Positions 27,431 to 39,219 of a DNA stretch of 64,000 nt are shown in pieces. The position numbers and the translations under genes are program-made. Source of the DNA: Haliotis cracherodii (taxonomy: Eukaryota). Location: assembly GCF_022045235.1 (NCBI RefSeq), contig NW_027266266.1, forward strand, positions 5,890,001-5,954,000, in the 5' to 3' direction. The notes below the pieces were generated by a model that was not told the origin of the DNA, ran no database searches, and was given only the letters and a program-made list of their open reading frames with translations. The stretch's first letter is position 1. Each line of letters opens with the position of its first letter.

Positions 27431-29263
27431 ACAGATGATGTATGGAGGGCGGTTTCTTCTAGGTCCGTCATATAGATTTCTGTGATGAAAGGAGACAGCG
27501 GGGATCCCATGGGAAGGCCATGTGTCTGTTGATAGATCTTGTCTTGTCAGGTAAAGTATGTGGAAGAAATGCAAATGGTCTTTCTTCATCACACAACTTC
27601 TAAATGCCACTGAAAGAAGTTATCATTTTGATGCTTTAGTTTTACTACCTCTGATTTCCTTTGCCACTCAGGGCAAGATGTGGAGCATGCTACGTGATTG
27701 TCAACACAGTTGCAACACTTGACCTCTTCTTGACATGTATATCCCTTCTAAATGCCTTTCAAAGACTTAAAGATTAATGGTCAAACTGCCAATAATGGCC
27801 GTGGAGTGGATTGGGGACATACACATTTGCTCTGATACTGAAATAACCATCCATAATGCATTGTGGAACTGAAGTATGGGCAACAGTTGGTGATGCTGAA
27901 ACCATTGTCTTTGTTTTGATAAATGCAAGCGACAAAACGCTTTCCAAATTAAAAAAAAGTCTAAAGTAGCAGAATCGATTGTACGATTCTGGCAATATGA
28001 AGAGCATCTGTTTATGAATCACTATCAAATAGTATTGATACCAAGTGTTCACGAAAAGGTAAACGTATCCGGTGGCACCTATCACAAACACATGCAAGGC
28101 AATTCAATTGGTCACCCCCAAAGAAACAGGAACAGTGTTCCGACATGACTTCAGTGTCCAGCGAACAGACGCAGAAACGTCAACATTGATAACTGACAAA
28201 AGCGTCAATATGTTACTGTAACACCGAAGATAAGAGTATCATTTTTCGATTTTACCACAATTTACAGGAAATGAATTTACTTTAATTGGTTGATGATCAG
28301 AAGCCTTCTACCGGGAGCAGGACTGTTTTGGAAAATGGTCAGCATCGTCAGATTGGCCCATGAGCCATAAACTTCTGGCATTAGATAATTAGTGCAGTCA
28401 AGTATGTTATAAACAAGACAAACCAATGTATTTAAAATAAATCAAATATGTGCAGAAATAAGTTTATGACAGAACTTTTTAACCGATTGATAGAACCGGG
28501 ACAGTTCTATCACACGTCTTGGTGAAGTTGCTGGTTGAAGTGTTTGCTTCGACAAAGAATCACTAACCCTAACCCTAACCCTTACCCGAAACTTAACCAT
28601 AACTCTTCAGTGCACTCAACCACCAGACTCTCCTAATCCGAAACTCACGCAAAACAAGTTGCCAACAATTTGGTCGCTTCTTACAACCAGCAATGAGATG
28701 CAGGGGACACATTCAACACCATTCCCCCCTCCCATCAGGGTAATACAGAGCATTATCATTCATTCAGTAATTTATTTAACATTCAAATTTCCAATCCCCA
28801 CCTGAGAAGCATAAGAGTTAGACAGGGAATGACAAATTTTGGATGTGTCTTGTTTCCCCAAAAACGTTATCAACCATTTACTGGGCCTAACCACCCGTTC
28901 GATCTAATGTCCTGTATAGTGTCCTGGGGATCTATTCTAACCAGGAATCCCCTCGTCCAAGCATTGCCCATGACAGCTTCGTGTGCCCAGAACTACAGAC
29001 AGCTCTATGTGTTCTTCAGGGTTTCTCCACTTACAATCAGTGTATTGACTATGAACGTATCTATGTTACCTGTTTTAATCAATCGAGCCTGCATTTCGCT
29101 GAAAACATGTGATTCAATATTTAAAAATTTGTCCCACTATTAATGAGCACTTTCAAAGGCGTTTCAAATCATGGTGTCCACAGCGACGATGTCAAAACCT
29201 TTCAAACTAAAGCTGTTTAGCCAGTAGTGCCAGTAAGTTCAAGTCCAATACGACTTGATGCAG

Positions 29264-32198
29264 TTATCCTGCCGTGGTGTTTGTATCCTGCCGCATTCCA
29301 CCAGTTGATTCCGGTTTAAACTGGATGACGATGAAAACATAGGTGAGGAGGGTCCCGATGATCTGTGTCAACAAAAAAAGCAAGGTAATGGTTATTGGGC
29401 TGTAATGAAGAGATATATTTTGTTATAGGTTTCAGCAAGGAAAAGAGATGAATAAATAAATTCAACGTACCGTTAGGATAGTGTCCTTCGTGATAGTCAC
29501 AAGGCCTAAAGCACTGATTCCGATCTGACGTTGAGATAACTTGTTTGTGAACAATGTGACCTGCGTGAACAATTCGTGAGAAAAATAAGCTACTGATAAG
29601 AAACTACACATTTATTAGATGTCATATATATTATTTCATAACAACATAATAATTTAAATGTTCCTATTTAATTTTAACGTTTTTTATCATAAGTAACAAC
29701 ATTTATCAAATGATATATCGTCAGGAATATTTATCATGTTTAAGATGCTTGAGGACAATTATCAAATTTAACATATATAACATGTAGGGTGCTTCATTAA
29801 AATCAATTAATATTTGTATCAAATCTGATTATGTGTTCCCAATGGGGATAATGTGGCAGTATGCATCCCAAGTACCAAAAGTATCTTAGAGTGCATGAGT
29901 GAGTGAATCTAAGCTTTATCAACCCAGTCAAATGGTCCTGTATAAACATAACAGATTCTACTGGGCGTAAAAGGCAAAATAGAGGCGGAAATTATATGAA
30001 TGGATCCCTAATCTGTGATGACACCAGGTGTCGCGAAAAGAGTAAGCATGTACTGCCCTGCCTGTAGCATTTGTCACAGACACATTTTGCATGACAAAGT
30101 ATCTATTTGTTGCCTGACACAGCATATCAGTGCCCTGTAATGACTGGGTATGTTTGTTTTAATTATCATTGAGTTGTGAAGCGAAAAATCAGAACAGCGA
30201 AAAATCAGATCTGGAAGAGGACAGCGGGATAGAGCTAGTAAAGTCACTTACTGCAAGTTTCAAACATTAGAGGAGTTTCCTGCGAACTGGAAGGCACAGT
30301 TTGCAGTGTGAGTTAGAAACGAAACCTTGAAACATGAAATGTGTGAGGGTGTTATTGTGTGTTGCAGAAGCATGTGAGTGTGTGAGGACGTCGGTTGTTG
30401 CTTAATGTTTTATATTCTTTGGGATATAAATATTATTATAGTATATATTTATATACAACAGTAATCCAGATATGTTCAAGTGCGGTTTATTTTTTCCCTG
30501 ACCAGTGGATCCCTAAGCATTTAAATCCGAAAAGGACATTAATCTATTTAGCCAATGCAGGGAATACAATTCGAACGCACACATGCACGTACGTTCACAC
30601 ATAGAGAAAGATTAACTACAAACAATTATACTAATAACGTATTAAATATCATACATCATATGTCTTAACCGTTCTTATATACCACATTGGCATGCATAGA
30701 AGAACCGTTACATTTTAATAGATGCAGTTTCTGTGCAGTCGGTGTGCCAATATTTTAGTGTCTTTTTCAAACAAGTAAAGTCTGGTTTTCAACATTGTAG
30801 TACATGTATGGAAACTGCTACAGAAAAGCATGCATTCCATGCAAAAGTTGACTTACATGCAAGCCCCATGCATTTCACTACCCAAGAATGGGTATAAAAA
30901 CATGTGCGTTTACGGGATTTCATATGCATTGTTTAGCATCGTGCTGACAACAACCACTCAGAAAAACAACAAAATGACGCAATTATTCAACATTACGAAA
31001 TGCCACGCCTGTCCGAAAATGAGCGTCTGCGAGCCATTGGTATGCTTGAAGCAGGATCGAATCAACGTGATGTTACAAGACAATTTAACGTCCACAGAAA
31101 CACCATTTGGTATTTATGGCAACGTTGGCAACAGACGAATGCAGTCAGAGACTATCGACGGAGTGGCAGGCCACGCGTAACCAATAATCGACAAGACAAC
31201 TGGATTCGAACAACAAACCTTCGAAATCGATTCCAGCCAGCAATAGTGACTGCAAGAATCATCCCCGGCCTTCGACGAATATCTTCACAAACCGTACGTC
31301 GTCGCCTCAGATGTGCATGGATTGTCCCCAGAAGAGCCACCAGACGTCCCATTTTGACAGGAAACCACCGTTAAGCATGTTTACAGTGGTGGAGATAGCG
31401 TCTACGCTGAACGGCCATGCAGTGGGGACAAGTTCTGTTCACTGACGAGTCTCGTTTTCACCTCAGGCACAGCGATGGACGGATTCGAGTGTACCGACGT
31501 CGAGGTGAACGTTACGTCAATCATTGTGTCATGGAAGAAGACCGGTTTGGGGGCGGCAGCGTTATGGTATGGGGTGGGATTACAGCAAGACAGAGGGCCC
31601 GTTTGATTTTAGCAGAGGAAAATCACTATGGACAGCGCTACCGCGACGATCATCGGCCCTGTTGTTCTACCGTTTTTGCGTCGTCATGGCCCAGGCATTA
31701 CCTATCAACATGACAACGCCCGGCTTCATATGGCTTGACTTGTTCAGGACTCTCTTCAACAAAACAACGTGAATGTCATCCCCTGGCCGACTCGCTCCTC
31801 TGATCTCTCACCAATCGAGCACATGTGGGATGAGATTGATCGGCGCCTTCGACGTCAACCATGGGTTTCACAGACACTCCAGGAACTTCGAAACATGCTC
31901 AAGCAGATATGGACAGATATCCCACTGGACTTTTTGCGACGCCTGGTCCATTCCATGGGACGAAGATGTGTTGCTTGCATCGCAACCAGAGGTGGACACA
32001 CACGCTATTGATTTGTAAATTGACATTTTGCCATGTTCATGTTTTTTTAAGGAATCACGCATTTTCTGAAGTCAGTATGTCAAATTAAATCATTTGAACA
32101 GGAGTCTTTTATCTGTTGCAAACCGTAATTGTTTCAGATATGGTAAAAAACATAACTTTGCATTAAATCATATTCAATGTCACAGGAACTTTTGTTCA

Positions 32199-32272
<74 letters not shown>

Positions 32273-33908
32273 CAGATGAGGTTAAAGTGTGGTCTCTTAA
32301 TGAATTGTCATAATGTTTTCTTACCAGTGCAATCACTCTATCTGGCATCTTTCTTCCAGCCAAGTCATGCAGAATGTTCAGAGGTCGGTGTGCCTGTATA
32401 AAAACATTCCAGTTACTTTGTTTCAACATTAATTGTAATTTATCAATACAAAATTCAGACTGACACAAAATCGGATTACATAATACAACGAAGCCACTGG
32501 TGGTCCCTAGGTAGACCATTATATAAATCTTTCTCTCGTTCTATCACTAAAACTGCAGTGACACATAGAACATTGCTACAAATATAAATACCCCGTTTGT
32601 AATCCCAAAGGAATTATTATTATTATTCGCATTGAGACACTGTATCACGATATACACTGTATTAGGGTTTGATATCGATAGATAACCATTATGGGGATTT
32701 TACTAATCCGAACTGAACTGCCTGGCAAAAGAAAGTATACTCCTATGTTGTAGGGAGGCCAAAAATGAAGCAAGCTAGAATGGTTATTCGATGGTGATGC
32801 ATTTGATACGGGTATACTGGTTGTATTTTGGACCTTAAGATTGCAGTGTTTCGGTGAATGTATCCATATGAATAACGTTATGAGTATTCCTATACACATT
32901 CCATAGATTTGTTATTCAGAATATGCGATTTTCTGTCTGACGGGGTTTCAATGTACAATTCCACAATAACATTGTAGCACTCACCGCTTCATGCAGCCTG
33001 ACACCAAGGTAGGTGAGAGTGATGAGATACAGAACGGAAAAGTACAAAGTATATGCCGCAAAAACAATGTTCAAAATGGAGGGGACGCTGTTGATCAGGA
33101 TGTACAGGAAGAAACACGCAGTGAGGAAGCAGCAGAGAAAGGCAGCAGCCACGTGTATGGATATGAAGGAACACACATATTCCACCAAGGCTGTCAGTGT
33201 TGCATGGTATCCTCGAATGTCCTCGATATCCTCTTCTTTGACGAACCCTTCAGATACCCGTATCAGTTTCAGCGTGCAAACATCATATTCATACGTGAGA
33301 AGAAGGGAGATGGACAAGAACAGAAGCAATAACGAATGGTATAGCAGAATGATACAGCCACTATATATTGCATTCAAGACAATTAAAGGCCAATATAGTT
33401 CATTAGATGTTTCAGTCGTCATGCTTGTAGTGATTCCAGAGGCCACACATGTGAAAGCCGCGAAATTGATAAAACATATACATGCCCTCTTTACCCTTAT
33501 CCTCAACGTAGTGTTTGGAACACAACTGTTAAAGTTCAACCGTGCTTCATTGAGACCATCGCAGAATATGCGTAGCTTACTGTGGATGTTGGTACTGAGG
33601 CCCCAAAAGGTTATTGATAACAGAATCACAATGTGAGTTGATAAGGTCATACTTGTGTTCGTGAAAGATTCAGCTTTCGAATACGATGGTATTCCCTGGA
33701 TAAAAGATAGAATGAAAACTAAGCACACCAAACTTGAATATATGCAGGAAGCCACCGAGGAGACGGAGCACCATTGAGCTGACTTCGAGTACTGATAGTC
33801 CCATGATAACCCAGACAATGCCATCAGTCTCTGGACACTTTTCAATGTTTCCTGTACATCATCTGCATCACTGGATGTACTAACGGTATTTTGGAAAACG
33901 TTCAACAT
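29264..33908 (-). CDS. Gustatory receptor-like (GRL/7TMIC) chemoreceptor, copy C, 393 aa. Exons 33908-32985, 32393-32325, 29560-29471, 29362-29264
   Basis: Same 924/69/90/99-bp exon structure with phase-0 GT-AG introns. The last exon is IIGTLLTYVFIVIQFKPESTGGMRQDTNTTAG*. Confidence 0.9.
30700..32200 (+). mobile_element. Tc1-family transposon (defective transposase 31000-32011) in GRL-C intron 2. Left boundary uncertain
   Basis: MPRLSENERLRAIGML...GRPRVT, VLFTDESRF, GGGSVMVWGGI, QHDNA and WPTRSSDLSPIEHMWD...GGHTRY*. One stop and a frameshift. Confidence 0.92.
32200..32270. repeat. (TA)n microsatellite at the right end of the Tc1 element
   Basis: Direct inspection. Confidence 0.95.
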
Positions 33909-34996
33909 TTTCGACAGAGAGGATAAGAAATAGATGATGTACTCTCTTTGTAAGCAAGGCCTTCTGCTATTTCTGTTCTCAACTCAATGTCACCAGTGTC
34001 TGGTCTAACTGTTTCCATGACGATCCATGCAACATTCAATTCCGAACATACATGTAATTCCATCAGAGGTTCCAAACGGAAATGGGCGATATGTCATTCA
34101 GCGTGATCAAATAACACAATGTGTATTTGTTTGCGAGACTCTTCGTGCACATAATTGGGCTAATCTGTAAAAAGCCTTCAATGGACATTCCATAAATGTG
34201 GTTATCTGAACCGAATAAAGAAGGAAGCTAGGGGATAATTGTCCAGTCACACTTTCCGTAAGTGTACTAATAGGTTCTTAATGCAGTAGTTGGTAGCTCT
34301 ATTGTGATATCTGGCATTAATTGTCCGCATTTTGAAAACTACAGTATTTTATCCAGAGCGAAAATGTGTGAAAATGATAACAAACATGAAGTAATACACA
34401 AAGTAAATGCAAGGGAGGATAACGATGACTGTGTCAACTACTTATTTCCGCCACTAAACCAAGCTTTGAATAAGGTTCCCTGATTTCTGTTCCACGTCGA
34501 TAGGAGAGTGGGTGAGTGCAGGAGAGAGTGAATCGTTATCTTATTCTAACTCTTAACGGTAAACGTTTCCTTTAAAAGGTTGGTGCTGATACACGTTCAT
34601 ACAGTCATCCACAGCATTTTATCACACTATAAATTAGAATACTTACTTTTAAGTGGTTACGGAGCTGGCAGTGTCCCAGTGGGAGAATTTCCAGTACTTA
34701 CAGCCAACTGGAGAAAGATAAATATGGTTTCATTTTGTGTTTACCAAGCTGATTGGATTCCGTCATAAACAACAGGTCGTTATTCATTCTCTAGATCACA
34801 AGTTTGCTAGACCTGGATTCCGTGAGATTCAGGACATGATGATTTTACCGTATTATTGCTGAATTCATGTTTTTGTTCTCAAATGGTGAGTGAGTGAGTG
34901 AGTGGGTGAGTATGAATTGTTTGGCATTTCCCAGAAGTTGACGGATGACAAAGTGGACACATTTTATAGATAATACCTTCTTTATAATACTGTAAT

Positions 34997-35036
34997 AGTG
35001 ACGTTTCGGTATAGATCCTGATGCCGTTGTCAAGTA
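34997..35036 (-). ncRNA. Degenerate minimal hammerhead-like motif, paralog of 6385-6424
   Basis: TTGACAAC-GGCATCAGGATCTATACC-GAAACGTC, inside the duplicated block 34260-35290 that matches 5615-6830. Confidence 0.4.
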
Positions 35037-35586
35037 AGACAATACAAAATTGTATATAGTAGGTGAAGGATTAACAGTGGCAACACTGTTCATGTATGAT
35101 AGAAATTAACATGAGTCGGTTATATAGAAACAACAAAAGGATAATATTGTAACAACATGATGGACAGAAACACATGATGACGAAGCGAATAAAACGGGAA
35201 GTCAATTAAACCGGATTAAGTATACATCGGTGGAAAGATTTGAAAAACATTTGGAGGCCATCACAAAAACTTAAAACATAACATGCGTTTCAAAAGCGTG
35301 GTTTGCAAAGCGACGATGTCAAACCATTATAAAGTAAAACTGCTCAGTCATTACTGCCTAAACTTCAAGTGCAAGTCAAATACGACTTGATGCAGTTATC
35401 CTGCCGTGGAGTTTGTATCCTGCTGCATTCCACCTGTTGATTCCGGTTTAAACTGGATCAAGATGAAAACATAGGTGAGGAGTGTACCGATTATCTGTGT
35501 TAACAAAGAAGCAATGAAATTGACTTGTAATTGCTTATTGGGCAGTACTGAAGCTAAATATATTCTGTTATAGGTTTCAGCGAGGA

Positions 35587-35747
35587 GGGCGGTCAGGTAG
35601 CCTAGTGGTTAAAGCCTTAGCTCGTCACGCTGAAGACCCGGGTTCGATTCCCGACATGGGTACAATGTGTGAAGCCCATTTCTGGTGTCCCCCGCCGTGA
35701 TATTGCTGGAATATTGCTAAAAGCGGCGTAAAACCACACTCACTCAC
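35587..35747 (+). mobile_element. Short tRNA-derived SINE with an 11-bp target site duplication (TTCAGCGAGGA)
   Basis: A box TAGCCTAGTGG, B box GGTTCGATTCC and (ACTC)n tail. TSDs at 35576-35586 and 35748-35758. The matching site in GRL-C intron 3 is empty. Confidence 0.92.
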
Positions 35748-36002
35748 TTCAGCGAGGAACAGAGATGAATAAATGAATTCAAGGTACCGTTAGGATCGTG
35801 TCCTTCGTGATAGTCATAAGGCCTAAAGCACTGATTCCGATCTGACGTTGAGACAACTTGTTTGCAAACAGTGAGACCTGGGTGCATGACAAATATGATA
35901 TTGACAAGACACTACATATTCATTAAATTACATATATTTTGTATAATGACAACATAATAATTTACACGTTCCAAAATAGTTAGATTTGACATTAGTAACA
36001 TT

Positions 36003-37010
36003 ACGCATTTGAGGAAGCTTACTCAGGAAGCTAGGATCTCCGCTTCGCGTCATAAATGACGCTATAGAAAAGTCGTTAAAAATTCCAAGAAATACTCTCT
36101 TGAAACCTAATGAAAAATCTGTGGGCCATCAAATTATACCGTTTGTGTCCACATTCAATCCTAATAACTGTGATATCATGCCAGTCCTAAGGAACAACCT
36201 CCCAATTCTACAGCTAAGTGATAAAATGAAACAAGGACTGAATAAATTTGAAATTATAAAAAGTACCAGGCAACCAAAAAATCTCAAGCAAATTCTTTGT
36301 TCAATCAAATATTCTTGCACGGAGAGTGTACCATGTGTAAGTAGATGTAACACACCAAGATGCGGCACGTGTAACATCATAAGTGAAGGTACTACTTTCC
36401 TTTTTGCAAATGGCATTGTGAAAGTCGACATGAACTGCTGCAGCAAAGATGTGGTATATGTTATGAGATGTTCGGGATGCGGCGAAAACTACATCGGTGA
36501 AACCAGCATGGAATTAAAAGATAGAGTCACTGTACAGAAACAGTAGATTAGAGACCTTAATGTTCGATGCTTACGTGTCAGCAAACACATTGATGTTTGC
36601 GGAAACGGAAAATTTAGTATTTTTCCGTTTTATAAATTGTATACCAGTAACAAGCAGCAGAGGCTGGAAAAAGAACAAATCTTCATCCAATTGATGAAAC
36701 CCAAATTGAACTCTAGAATGTATTAATAGATTTGTCATTTCAATCGTAAATGTTACACTGCTACTTTACAAATACTGTATGTTTTAATTCAAATGTCTCC
36801 CTACAATTGTTAAATTACTTGGTGTTGTCGCTGGAGTGTGTAAATACATAATGACGTCACAGCTTTGATTTATGACATCATCGTAAGTATGACGTCATTT
36901 ATATGTCATTGTCAGTTACACTGAAGAGCTGTCATGAGACAGCGAAAGTACTGTCCGAAACTTATATGAAGGAGACACTGGACTAACGTGGACTTTATTA
37001 TTTGATTGTG
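36003..37010 (+). mobile_element. Penelope-like element 3' fragment (Cys-rich linker + GIY-YIG)
   Basis: IPFVSTFNP, CNTPRCGTC and VVYVMRCSGCGENYIGETSMELKDRV. A hammerhead-like motif follows downstream. Confidence 0.88.
36915..36955 (+). ncRNA. Minimal hammerhead ribozyme-like motif
   Basis: ACA-CTGAAGA-GCTGTC-ATGA-GACAGC-GAAA-GTAC-TGT. It has the canonical CUGANGA/GAAA core and a perfect 6-bp stem II. The cleavage triplet is ambiguous. Confidence 0.65.
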
Positions 37011-37754
37011 GTTAGTTTGTTTTAAACTAATCACAGTTGATAATAAAACATTTTAAATTGACAAAATAATCGGATTACATAATACACGGACTGCAACAAA
37101 GCCCCTGGTGGTCAACAGGTGCCCAGTAGTTAAACATTGTTCGTCACAGCATATGAGGCCAAACTCATGTTCTCGAGGGAGGGGACCTCGTTGATGATTT
37201 TGTACAGGCAGGATTAGGAAGGAGCAGAGAAAGGGAGCAGCCACGTATATGGATATAAAGCATCACACATATTCCATCTAGCCTGTCAGTTGTCCATCGT
37301 ATCCTCGAATGTCTTCAATGTCCTCTTCTTTGAAGGGCCGCTCAGATGCCCGTTACAGTCTCTGGGTGCAAACATCATATTCATCGGTGAGAAGGAGGGA
37401 GATGGACAAGAACAGACGCAATAGGGAATTAGTTAGTAGAGTGACACAGGCACGGTATATCATACTCAAGACAAGAAAGGCCAATATATTTCATTGTGTA
37501 TCTCAATCGTTATTGCCTGCACTGAACCCAGGTGAAAGCTGAAAGGATTATAAAACATATATGCCCTCTTCATCCTTAGCTACCGAGGTATTGGTGCACC
37601 GTTTTGCTGACAACAACTGCTGATAACCCCATGATAACCCGGACAATGTCATCAGTCTCTGGACACTTGTTTCAGTGTTTCCCGTACAGCATTTGTATCA
37701 CTGGATGTACCAACGGTATTTGGAAAACGTTCAACATATTCGACAGAGAGGACA

Positions 37755-37925
37755 CTGTGTCAAATTTGAAAATGTTCTCCTCATGTCTACCATAAAACTT
37801 TTTGAAAGTTTCACTGATGCCTTGACTGTTGTTACCTTGATCAAACAACTTCTGAGCAAGAGTTGGTGGACGCTCTTTGAAATCTTTGTTGTAAGAGCAT
37901 GCTCTATTGTATCTCAAAAGTTGTA
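37755..37925 (-). mobile_element. Fragment of a retroelement RT C-terminal region (Penelope-like)
   Basis: QLLRYNRACS..KDFKER...LAQKLFDQG...FKKFYGRH motif. Confidence 0.6.
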
Positions 37926-38519
37926 AAATCCATACACCACAGGCTGGAGTTACTCAAATATTGGCGCCAGAACAACCACATTGCCATCTCTCCTACCTGA
38001 CATTTATATTATGGAGACACTATGTTGACAGTTTTAAATCTTGAACCCAAAATTGTATCTCAATAATTTTCTTTCAGTGTTTTCTGCACTTTGACTGGAT
38101 CACATTCAAAGATGACTCAATTGGTGACCTCTCGCATGAAGGTGAGGAAAAAAAGATTTCTAGCTTTGTTTGTTTTCTTCTTTCTCTCGACTTGTAAACG
38201 ACTTGTTTCTCAGAATATGGTTTAGGCTGATTCACATAATGATAGAATTGGTTTCAAAGGGATGTTTCCTTGTCTGTTTGTAACGTCACACTCAGTGATA
38301 CAAGTACTCCAGCTATACTCAGCCAAAAACATAGGGGATAGTAGGCATCATCAAGACATATATTCAGATCTATAGTGTATTGGCAAATGGAAATGCTATG
38401 TTCATATCTGCTGGGGAGTAGGCAATCAGATCTAATGGCTTGGGTAATAAGATGGCAGCGAACTAGGTCGTAAAAGAGGTCGGGGTCAAATTCGAAATTT
38501 TCGTTTTGGAACCAATGTC

Positions 38520-38880
38520 ACTAATATCAGGTAAAACCACCTCTGTTTGCCAGATATACACGAATTCTTCGAGGCCAATGTCAGCTTGACTCCTGTTGTT
38601 CCATTCATCAGTGAGAGCAACAAGTGTGGTGGGTTGATTTTGACGTTGACGTACTCGTCTGCCAATCTGTAGCGCAGTTCGGCCAGTCATTATCATACCA
38701 GGCCATACTATTTTTGACTTACCCCCAAAACTCGATTCCATCGTTCATGTAAGCCGAGAGCAAACTTCGATTCGTCAGAAAAAATGACATCAGTAAGTTG
38801 TGGGGTGACACGTGGACGTTGTGCGCGCAAAAGTCATCTGAGCATATGATTTCGCACCACCTAAGCATGCACTCTAAAAC
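38520..38880 (-). mobile_element. Highly degenerate Tc1 transposase fragment
   Basis: Remnants of FSDESKF, FGG.S..VW.G and RRVRQR. Confidence 0.6.
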
Positions 38881-39219
38881 TAGTTGCCTGTTGCAAGCGG
38901 CCGCTCATCTGAGTGGCAGGTTGCAGCCGATTTCTTAATGTCATCATTCTGCCTTATCTGTAGTGGGATGGAGTTCTTGCCCTTGAGCGTCCAGAGCGGC
39001 GTCTCTCATCGTCTGTTTGTAACGCCACACTCAGTGATACTCCAGCTATACAAAAAAATGACATTAGCTCAATGTGCATACGATTTCGCACTGCCTGAGC
39101 ACGTACTCTTACACCAGTTGCATTGTCGCATACATGGGTTGCTGAAGACCAATTCAAACCCGGATCTTCACAGGTGTCCAATGGAATGATCCCACCCTAC
39201 CCTCGTCAACTCAGTCTGA

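Larger units (their letters stand above)
35396..37737 (-). pseudogene. GRL pseudogene, copy D. Exon 1 remnant about 37737-37150, exon 2 lost, exon 3 35877-35788 and exon 4 35494-35396 intact
   Basis: Exon 1 has frameshifts and large deletions. A Penelope fragment sits where exon 2 should be. Exon 4 reads IIGTLLTYVFILIQFKPES... Confidence 0.85.

Noticed and set aside
32094-32519. (YI)n-containing ORFs, and similar (HTYI)n and (CV)n ORFs near 46090-46774
   Set aside because: Microsatellite translations. Only 32325-32393 is coding (GRL-C exon 2).
33013-33636. Plus-strand ORFs overlapping GRL exon 1 (also 11139-11519 and 19911-20262)
   Set aside because: Antisense shadows of the GRL coding exon. 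Their lengths are inconsistent between paralogs and they have no recognisable motifs.
35587-35660. tRNA-Asp(GTC)-like sequence, also at 56541 and 57622
   Set aside because: The acceptor stem does not close, and the sequence continues into a shared body and (ACTC)n tail with TSDs. It is a SINE head, not a tRNA gene.
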